Of a DNA stretch of 64,000 nucleotides, positions 17,478 to 24,899 are shown piece by piece. The translations under genes and the position numbers were made by a program. A model generated the notes under the pieces. The model was not told the origin of the DNA. It worked only from the letters and a program-made list of their open reading frames with translations, and ran no database searches. This DNA is from Planctomycetota bacterium. Lineage in GTDB: Bacteria > Planctomycetota > Brocadiia > JAADGH01. The stretch is taken from the NCBI GenBank assembly GCA_013152475.1, contig JAADGH010000213.1:2271-66270 (forward strand), written 5' to 3'. Each line of letters starts with the position of its first letter. Position 1 is the stretch's first letter.

Positions 17478-18268
17478 TGGGGGCGCGCATCTTCAGGGTC
17501 CTGTTGGCGGCGGCCGTCATTTCCATTTTTGCTTCCGTGGCCATCGGGACGTATCTGCGCGGCAAACAGGCGTGTTTTGTGGTGACCCTTTCCCCCGAGG
17601 GCGAGCCCGCAGAGGGCGTCATCCAGGCGGTGGTCAAGGCGCTTTCCCGCCGGACCGCCCAGTATGGCAAGGACTTCGGGGTTGTTCGGAGCACGATCTC
17701 TGCGGAGGAAGACGGTCCCATCACGATGAAGATCTGGGCGGAGGGTGAAATCGATGGGTTTCTGCGCTGTCTTACGCAGACGGGGGAGATGGAGTTTCGC
17801 CTCGTGAAGGGAAGGGGGAAGGATCAAAAGCCTGATGCCGAGCACGAGCTGGTCTCATGGCGCCAGGAGTACTATAGCATTCGGGAACTCGGCCAGAAGG
17901 TCGTGGAGGTGATGCCGTTCCTCGTCAGAAAGAAGCCGGAACATCGGGTGCGGTCCTTTGCGTCCGTATCGTGCCGGACGGAAGGGCTGGGGGGCAACCC
18001 CGTCATTACACTCCAGCTCCATCCCGAGGACGCCCGCGCCCTGAATCAGGTCCGTCGGGCGAACACGGGGAAGGAGATGGCTGTGGTGATCGACGGGGCC
18101 GTCCTGGTCTCCGCGGTGGTCGCCGGTTCGGTGGAGACGGACCGGATCGAGATTCGCGGCATCCGCGGCGTGATAGAGGCCCGTCGTGTCGCCGCCATGC
18201 TGGAAATCGGCGCGTTGCCGGTGAAACTCACGGTTACGAAGGTTGAGAAGGTCAAATCAGCGACATGA
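17474..18268 (+). CDS. membrane-anchored SecD P1-head-like domain protein (no SecDF transmembrane core)
   Basis: ATGA overlap with the upstream gene. TM helix FRVLLAAAVISIFASVAIGTYL. GEMEFRLV and GGNPVITLQL..DARALNQVRRANTGKEMAVVIDGAVLVSAVVAGSVETDRIEIRG.....EARRVAAMLEIGALPVKL match the SecD periplasmic head pattern. Confidence 0.72.
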   Translation: MMGARIFRVLLAAAVISIFASVAIGTYLRGKQACFVVTLSPEGEPAEGVIQAVVKALSRRTAQYGKDFGVVRSTISAEEDGPITMKIWAEGEIDGFLRCLTQTGEMEFRLVKGRGKDQKPDAEHELVSWRQEYYSIRELGQKVVEVMPFLVRKKPEHRVRSFASVSCRTEGLGGNPVITLQLHPEDARALNQVRRANTGKEMAVVIDGAVLVSAVVAGSVETDRIEIRGIRGVIEARRVAAMLEIGALPVKLTVTKVEKVKSAT

Positions 18269-20853
18269 ACGATTTCGTCCGAAAATATCTCGTCATTGCC
18301 CTGGTTATGGCGTTTGCCGCGTGCAGCGTCGGGTACGGGATTTGGGCCGCCCTGAACACCAGAGAAGCCGGACTGAAGGAGGATGCGGACAAACTGGCCG
18401 CCCAGGACGAAAGCGTTCGGAAGGCGGCGCGGGAGCGGCTGCTGAACGCCGGCATCCGTTCGATCAATCCCCTGCTTCGGGCGGTCAAATTGGGCGACCT
18501 CGATCTTCGCATCGCCGCGACTGAACTGCTGGGCGAGGTGGGAAGGCGTGACCAGGAACGCCTCGTGGACGCGAACATTGAGAAAGTGGTGAAGACCCTG
18601 GCCGAGGAAATTGCCAAGGAATCCCCCAGCGGAGGCTTTGTGATCGTGTCGCCCAGCCATGAAATGCGGGTGCGCGTGGCGCGGGCGCTGGGGCAGTACT
18701 CCTCCGAGGCGAGCGTGGAGCTGCTCCTTGTCCTGCTCGACGACAAGGAACAAGATGTCCGTCTTGCAGCGCGCGACTCGCTTGTCAGCGCCGGGATCCG
18801 CGGCTCGCGTGTGCTGGCGCGGCGCTTGGCGGACAAAAAGCGGGGGAAGAACCCGCTCCTGGCGAATGCGGTGGATGCCCTCGTTCAGAACATCGTCAAG
18901 GATGTGCTGGACAAGAACGCCTACGGGGATGTTCGCATGCGTGCGGCCCGCGCGCTTCGCGACCTCGGGGGCTCGCGCATCGAAAATGCCAAGGGGATGG
19001 TGGAGCTGATGCTCAACGAGGACGGGGAACTGCGGCTGCGCAAGGTGGCGGCCGACGTAGTGCCCGACATCGCCCCGGACCGGTTGAGGCCGCTCGCGCC
19101 CGAGCTGAAAAAGGGCCTGGAGAAGGATGAGGAAGGCGCGATCTCGATCAAGAACGGGACCATCGCCCTCGGTGTGGCCAAGAGCCTTGCGCGGATTGGT
19201 GAGCCGGAGGGGATGGAGTACGTCATCGAGTGCCTGGAAAACGGCGATGCCATGGTCCGCCTGTCGGCCGCGGAGGCATTGAATGAGCTCGGCGTCAAGG
19301 CAAAGAAGGAGATCATCAAGAACCTGGACAATCCGGCCGCCATGGTTCGCGGGCCGGTGTTGCGCGTGCTTCCTGATGTGGAAGCTCGGCCGGAGGCGGA
19401 GAAGGAGTTGATGGAGGGCCTGGACGACACCGACGGCGACGTCCGTACGGCGGCCGCCATCGGTCTGGGACGGATGGGCGATGACGATGCCATTCCCAAG
19501 CTCATCTCGCGCCTCGATGACCGCCGCTCGCGGGTCCGGCACTATGCCGAGTGGGCCGTTCAGGACATGGGGCCGGCCGCAAAGCCTTACCTGGAGGCCA
19601 CCCTGGCCTCTCGCACAGACTGGCCCTGCGAGAGCTTCGTGGCCGTTGTCTCGGACATGGTGATTGATGCCTTCAAGCGCCGGGGGCTTGCCACGCGGAA
19701 GGATGCGGTGGATGAGGCGATCCTGGAGGAGCTGGAGTTCCGGCGTATGAATCTGCCCACGCCGTGGGCGGTTCGTGTCGTTGTGAAAGGGGAGAACGGA
19801 AAGGACCTGGCACCCCTCATCCTGGATGTGCGCGAGGTGTTTGTGTTTCTCACCACCCTCTCGCGGATGACCGGCGTGCCGCAGGAGCGTTTGCTGTTCA
19901 TGGGGCGGGATGTGGTGGAATGCCTGGAACGCCGCGGAATTCGGTTTCAGATGTTCGACCAGCTTGATCCCTCACTGAAAAAGGGTCCCAAGAACGTCGT
20001 GCCGCTGCAATACAGCTCCTTCTACATGATCGCGGGGATGCTGGGGATCCTTGGGGACAAGGGGTCCGTGCCTGCCCTTCTGAATGCGCTGGAGTCCGGC
20101 GACCTCGACCTGCTGTCTCCGGCGGCGTGGGCGATCGGCATGATTGCCGACAGAACGGCGGGCCCATTGCCTGAGGAGGAGAAGATCGTCGAAAAATTTA
20201 TGGATCTGGCGCTGAACAGCAAGCCCGGAGCGAATGACCCGACCGCGGTAAAGACGGCCCACATGCTGGTTCGTGAAAAATCCGTCGAGGCGCTCGGAAA
20301 AATTGCCGATCCGAAAGCGAAACCTACCTTGCAGAATATCCTCGTCTGCGACGACCAGGGCCGCGTCCGGACCGCCGCCAGCATTGCCATCGCAAAGATT
20401 GATGGCGGCGAACGACGCATTTTGTTTGACCAGTACGTGGACATCCTTGACCACCATGAAGACCAAAGCGTCCGCACCGCCGCGACGAAGAAGATCGGCG
20501 AGCTCGGCAGCTTTGAGGCCAGGAATCTACTGCTCGGACTGATCCGCAAGGAAAAGGAATATGCCCCCGTGCTGGACGCGGCTGAGGCCGCCCTCAAGAC
20601 CCTGACCGGCAAGGACTACAGCAAGGAAGTCACTGCGAAACGTCTTGATGTCCCCAAGGAAGAGGAAAAAACTGAGGAGTCGAAGAAAGCCGAGGAAACA
20701 AAAAAAACCAAAGACTTGAACGCCCCCGTCGCATCCACTCCCAAGGCATCCAAATCCGTGCCGCCCAAACCGGCCGGGAAGCCCAAGGGGAAAGCGATCC
20801 CACCGAAGGGGTCTTCCAAGAAATCGAACCAACCTGCTGCACCCGGGCCGTAA
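18265..20853 (+). CDS. N-terminally anchored HEAT-repeat protein with Lys/Pro-rich basic C-terminal tail
   Basis: ATGA overlap. TM helix YLVIALVMAFAACSVGYGIWAAL. Many HEAT-like units (D..VR.AA..ALG.IG). The last ~70 aa form a K/P/E low-complexity region. Confidence 0.85.
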   Translation: MNDFVRKYLVIALVMAFAACSVGYGIWAALNTREAGLKEDADKLAAQDESVRKAARERLLNAGIRSINPLLRAVKLGDLDLRIAATELLGEVGRRDQERLVDANIEKVVKTLAEEIAKESPSGGFVIVSPSHEMRVRVARALGQYSSEASVELLLVLLDDKEQDVRLAARDSLVSAGIRGSRVLARRLADKKRGKNPLLANAVDALVQNIVKDVLDKNAYGDVRMRAARALRDLGGSRIENAKGMVELMLNEDGELRLRKVAADVVPDIAPDRLRPLAPELKKGLEKDEEGAISIKNGTIALGVAKSLARIGEPEGMEYVIECLENGDAMVRLSAAEALNELGVKAKKEIIKNLDNPAAMVRGPVLRVLPDVEARPEAEKELMEGLDDTDGDVRTAAAIGLGRMGDDDAIPKLISRLDDRRSRVRHYAEWAVQDMGPAAKPYLEATLASRTDWPCESFVAVVSDMVIDAFKRRGLATRKDAVDEAILEELEFRRMNLPTPWAVRVVVKGENGKDLAPLILDVREVFVFLTTLSRMTGVPQERLLFMGRDVVECLERRGIRFQMFDQLDPSLKKGPKNVVPLQYSSFYMIAGMLGILGDKGSVPALLNALESGDLDLLSPAAWAIGMIADRTAGPLPEEEKIVEKFMDLALNSKPGANDPTAVKTAHMLVREKSVEALGKIADPKAKPTLQNILVCDDQGRVRTAASIAIAKIDGGERRILFDQYVDILDHHEDQSVRTAATKKIGELGSFEARNLLLGLIRKEKEYAPVLDAAEAALKTLTGKDYSKEVTAKRLDVPKEEEKTEESKKAEETKKTKDLNAPVASTPKASKSVPPKPAGKPKGKAIPPKGSSKKSNQPAAPGP

Positions 20854-20858
20854 TTTCC

Positions 20859-20887
20859 TTGACACCCAAGAGCAAAGCGATTAGAAT
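20859..20887 (+). promoter_or_regulatory. near-consensus sigma70-type promoter upstream of purA
   Basis: TTGACA (20859-20864)-N17-TAGAAT (20882-20887), immediately after the HEAT gene stop. Confidence 0.5.
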
Positions 20888-21080
20888 GCATACTTGCAGT
20901 GTGTGTACGCACATGCGCAGAGCGGAGTTTAAAACTCATTTGTACCAGCGTTTGCTTCATGTCAACACATCCAGTTTGTCCTCATAGTCCCGGCGTCCCT
21001 CCTGTGACGCGCCGGAACTGGGGACGCCCGTCCCGATGTCAGATGAAACGACCCGTATGATTGTCGATAGGGAGCGACAG

Positions 21081-22358
21081 ATGTGCCCAAATATGTCCGT
21101 TGTTGGTATGCAGTGGGGTGATGAGGGGAAAGGGAAAATCATCGACCTCTGTACCGAGGAATTTGACGTCATCGTTCGCTACCAGGGCGGAAGCAACGCG
21201 GGACACACGGTGGTCGTAGGCGAAAAGAAATTCGTTCTCCATCTGGTTCCCTCGGGTATTCTACACGAGCGCAAGCTCTGCGTGGTGGGGAATGGCGTGG
21301 CCTTCGACCCGCCCCTCTTTATCGAGGAGATGGAGGGGCTGCGCCGGGAGGGGGTAGAGATCAAGGACAACCTGAAGGTCAGCGACAGGGCGCATGTGGT
21401 CTTTCCATACCACAAAGTCCTGGACCAATTGGGCGACGGCAGAGGCGGCGACCCAAAGATCGGCACCACCGGGCGGGGAATCGGCCCGTGCTACACCGAC
21501 AAGATGGCGCGGTGCGGCTTCCGCGTGGCGGAGCTCCTCGACGGGGAACACTTCCGCGAGAAGCTGAAATGGGTCCTGGAGGCGAAAAACCTGGAGATTC
21601 GGACACGATACGAACAGGACCCGCTTTCCTACGACGAAATCGCCGATACCTTCAGCGGATACGCCGAGACCATCCGGCCCTTTGTGGCCGATACGGTGAC
21701 CTTGCTGGACCAGGAGATGAAGCGGGGCGCGCGAATCCTCTTCGAGGGGGCCCAGGGCAGCCTGCTCGACGTTGACTTCGGCACCTATCCGTTCATCAGC
21801 TCCTCGAACGCCAGCGCCTGCGGCGTGTCGGTCGGCGCCGGTGTGCCGCCGAGGGCCGTAGGCAAGGTGCTTGGCATTATGAAGGCCTACACAACGCGGG
21901 TGGGCGAGGGCCCGTTCCCCACAGAGCTCACCGGCGATCATGGCGAGGAACTGCGGCAGAAGGGGGGCGAGTTCGGCGCCACAACCGGTCGGCCGCGGCG
22001 ATGCGGCTGGTTGGACGCGGTGGCCGTGCGTCATGCGGCTACGATCAACGGCGCCGCCAACGTGGCGCTTACCAAGCTCGATGTGCTGAGCGGCCAGAAG
22101 AATGTGAACATCTGCACGGCATACCGCTGCAATGGCGAGACGCTGACGCACTTCCCGGCCAATACCGCAGTGCTGGACCATGTCGAGCCCGTCTACGAGA
22201 CATTCTCGGGATGGGACGAGGATATCTGCGGCGCCAGAAAGTTCAGCGATCTGCCCTCCGAGGCAGGCGCATACGTCCGGGCCATCGAGGACGCGGTCGA
22301 GCTGGATGTGGAGATCATCTCCGTGGGGAGCGAGCGGGACGAGATCATTCGCGTGTAG
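21081..22358 (+). CDS. purA: adenylosuccinate synthetase
   Basis: ORF 21036.. trimmed to the ATG at 21081 (GGGAG 6 nt upstream). Has the QWGDEGKGK P-loop and the GTTGRGIGP and GATTGRPRRCGW motifs. Confidence 0.93.
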   Translation: MCPNMSVVGMQWGDEGKGKIIDLCTEEFDVIVRYQGGSNAGHTVVVGEKKFVLHLVPSGILHERKLCVVGNGVAFDPPLFIEEMEGLRREGVEIKDNLKVSDRAHVVFPYHKVLDQLGDGRGGDPKIGTTGRGIGPCYTDKMARCGFRVAELLDGEHFREKLKWVLEAKNLEIRTRYEQDPLSYDEIADTFSGYAETIRPFVADTVTLLDQEMKRGARILFEGAQGSLLDVDFGTYPFISSSNASACGVSVGAGVPPRAVGKVLGIMKAYTTRVGEGPFPTELTGDHGEELRQKGGEFGATTGRPRRCGWLDAVAVRHAATINGAANVALTKLDVLSGQKNVNICTAYRCNGETLTHFPANTAVLDHVEPVYETFSGWDEDICGARKFSDLPSEAGAYVRAIEDAVELDVEIISVGSERDEIIRV

Positions 22359-22368
22359 AGGACCTTCG

Positions 22369-23100
22369 GTGAGCGACGAGGAACGGCAACAGCGGGCGCC
22401 CAAACATGTGGCCATCATCATGGACGGCAATGGGCGCTGGGCGCGACGCCGGGGTCTGAGGCGGACCGAAGGACACGCAGCGGCCATTGAGACGGTTCGC
22501 GGGATTATCCGCGCCTGCGCGCGCAAGGGCATCGAGCAATTGACGCTCTATGCCTTCAGCACCGACAACTGGAAGCGACCCAAGTCCGAGATCAGTTTTC
22601 TCATGCGTCTCCTGGCAAGATACCTTGTGGATGAGCGCAAAGAGATCCTGGAGAACAACCTGCGCTTTACGAGCATCGGCGACCGAAGCCGCCTCCCCAA
22701 GGCTGTCGTGCGAGAGCTTGAGAAAACGGAGAATCTGAGCCGCAAAAACACCGGCATGCTCGTCTGCCTGGCGTTGAACTACGGGGGGCGCGACGAAATC
22801 GCTGCGGCCGCGAAACGCATAGCACGCGATGTGGCCGAGGGAAAACTGAACCCCGATGAGATCGACCAGGAACGGTTCTCCAGCTACCTCTACACCGCCG
22901 GCATGTCGGATCCCGATCTCCTGATCCGCACGGCGGGAGAGCTGCGGCTGAGCAACTTCCTGCTTTGGCAGATATCATACAGCGAGTTCTGGTTTACCGA
23001 CGTCTGCTGGCCGGATTTCCGGGAAAAGCATCTTGATCGGGCACTCAAGGACTACCACGACCGTGAGCGGCGGTTCGGCGCCCTGGAGAAAAAGGCTTGA
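22369..23100 (+). CDS. uppS: di-trans,poly-cis-undecaprenyl-diphosphate synthase
   Basis: In-frame GTG at 22369 just after the purA stop. Has the HVAIIMDGNGRWA, DNWKRP and RTAGELRLSNFLLWQISYSEF motifs. Confidence 0.92.
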   Translation: MSDEERQQRAPKHVAIIMDGNGRWARRRGLRRTEGHAAAIETVRGIIRACARKGIEQLTLYAFSTDNWKRPKSEISFLMRLLARYLVDERKEILENNLRFTSIGDRSRLPKAVVRELEKTENLSRKNTGMLVCLALNYGGRDEIAAAAKRIARDVAEGKLNPDEIDQERFSSYLYTAGMSDPDLLIRTAGELRLSNFLLWQISYSEFWFTDVCWPDFREKHLDRALKDYHDRERRFGALEKKA

Positions 23101-23936
23101 CCATGCTGCGCGCCCGGTTGCAGGTGGGAACTATCATCATCGCCTTCATGTGCCTGGCCTTTGCGGCGGACTATGTCTGGCAGCAGCCGCTCATCGTGGC
23201 CGGAATCTCGGGTCTGGTGGGGGCCCTGGGGGCCTACGAGCTGTGCGCCATGGCGCGGCGCGCAGGCAGGGAGCCGTTTCGCGGCCTTGCGGTGGGAGGG
23301 ACGGTGGCATGTATTGCTGCGGCCTGTATCCCGGAGGACGGGAGCTTCGGGTGGCGCTGTGGCGATGTGCTGGCTGTGCTTCTCGTTGTTCTGGTGGCGG
23401 CGGCTCTGCTTCGGCAGCGGCTCCGCGGGACGCTTCGCGGCGCGTTGGTCAACGCGGGCATAACGGTGTTTGTGGTACTGTATGTGGGGTTGCTGTTGTC
23501 CTTCGTCATGCGGATTCGGCTCCTGTCGAACGGCGGGCTGGCGGGTGTGGCCCTGGTGGTCTTTGCGCCGAAGTTGGGCGATGTGGGGGCATACGCCTTC
23601 GGCAACCTGGTGGGTGGGTGGAAGCTTGCGCCGATGATCAGTCCGAACAAAACCGTATCGGGGTCGATGGGGGGGCTGATCGTCTCGGTTGTCGTGGGGG
23701 TGGCGGTGTGCCTCATATCGGGGCTGTTCGCCTTTTGGCCGGCGTTGGGTGTGAGCGCCATGATCGGTATTCTGGGCCAGTTGGGGGACTTGTCGGAGTC
23801 GGTGATCAAACGGGACCTTGAGGCCAAGGACTCGAGTTCGAGCCTGCCGGGTTTTGGGGGAGTGTTGGACATCCTGGACAGTCTCCTCTTTGTCGCTCCG
23901 GCGCTGTATGTCGTGCTGAGACTGAGCGGGGCGTAG
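23097..23936 (+). CDS. cdsA: phosphatidate cytidylyltransferase (CDP-diglyceride synthase)
   Basis: ATGA overlap with uppS. Polytopic. Has SPNKTVSGSMGG and a CdsA-like signature SVIKRDLEAKDSSSSLPGFGGVLDILDS. Confidence 0.88.
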   Translation: MTMLRARLQVGTIIIAFMCLAFAADYVWQQPLIVAGISGLVGALGAYELCAMARRAGREPFRGLAVGGTVACIAAACIPEDGSFGWRCGDVLAVLLVVLVAAALLRQRLRGTLRGALVNAGITVFVVLYVGLLLSFVMRIRLLSNGGLAGVALVVFAPKLGDVGAYAFGNLVGGWKLAPMISPNKTVSGSMGGLIVSVVVGVAVCLISGLFAFWPALGVSAMIGILGQLGDLSESVIKRDLEAKDSSSSLPGFGGVLDILDSLLFVAPALYVVLRLSGA

Positions 23937-23948
23937 ACGGCTGGACGG

Positions 23949-24896
23949 GTGATGAAGGAAAGCATCCTACTGGAAAGCGAAGACGAAGCCATAGCGCTTC
24001 GCGGCAGCCGCGACAGGCACGTGGCCATGATCCGCGACGCCTTCCGCGTGGAGATCATCCCCGATGGGACGACGCTCCGGCTCTCCGGGGAGGCGGAACC
24101 GGTGGCCCGTGTCAGGAATGTGATCGCACGGCTCTGCGAAGTGGCCGGGCAAAAGGGGGTCGTTCGCGTGGTCGACGTGGAGGAGGCCATCAGCGGGGAG
24201 CGGCGGCTGGAGGTCTCGCATGACGGCAAGGACGGCATGCCCATCGTCTCGGGGGTGGTCGCCCGGACCGGCGGCCAAGCGGCTTATGTGCGCGCCATGC
24301 GAAAGTTCGATCTGGTCTTCTGCATCGGACCTGCCGGGACGGGGAAGACATACCTTGCCGTTGCCGCCGCGGTGGCGGCGCTCAAGGAAAACCAGGTCCG
24401 TCGAATCGTTCTGGCCCGTCCGGCGGTGGAGGCCGGGGAGAAGCTGGGCTACCTGCCGGGCGACATGCACGCGAAGGTGAATCCCTATCTCATGCCCCTG
24501 TATGATGCACTGCGGGACATCATGGGCGTCGAACAGATGACGCGATACATCGAGCACAACATCATCGAGATCTCCCCGCTGGCCTACATGCGGGGGCGGA
24601 CACTCAATGATGCGTTCGCGATCCTTGACGAGGCGCAGAACTGCACGAAGATGCAGATGAAGATGTTTCTCACTCGCCTGGGCATGCGCTCGCGCAGCGT
24701 GGTGACGGGCGACATCAGCCAGGTCGATCTGCCCTCGGGCGAGATGTCAGGGCTGATGCACGCGTGCAGTATCCTGGGGGGGGTGCGCGGGGCCAAGTTT
24801 ATCCGGCTGGGGCCGAAGGATATCGTACGGCACCGGCTGGTTCAGGACATTGTGGATGCATACGACGCCCACGAGAGGGGCGAGAGGGAGTCGTAG
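23949..24896 (+). CDS. phoH: PhoH family ATPase (YbeZ-like)
   Basis: Has Walker A GPAGTGKTYLAVA, the RPAVEAGEKLGYLPGD block and Walker B AILDEAQN. Confidence 0.92.
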   Translation: MMKESILLESEDEAIALRGSRDRHVAMIRDAFRVEIIPDGTTLRLSGEAEPVARVRNVIARLCEVAGQKGVVRVVDVEEAISGERRLEVSHDGKDGMPIVSGVVARTGGQAAYVRAMRKFDLVFCIGPAGTGKTYLAVAAAVAALKENQVRRIVLARPAVEAGEKLGYLPGDMHAKVNPYLMPLYDALRDIMGVEQMTRYIEHNIIEISPLAYMRGRTLNDAFAILDEAQNCTKMQMKMFLTRLGMRSRSVVTGDISQVDLPSGEMSGLMHACSILGGVRGAKFIRLGPKDIVRHRLVQDIVDAYDAHERGERES

Positions 24897-24899
24897 GCG

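Noticed and set aside
20992-21028. Inverted repeat GGCGTCCC...GGGACGCC in the purA leader. I considered a terminator, attenuator or riboswitch.
   Set aside because: There is no U-tract after the stem and no recognisable riboswitch core. A single 8-bp GC stem is expected by chance in GC-rich DNA.
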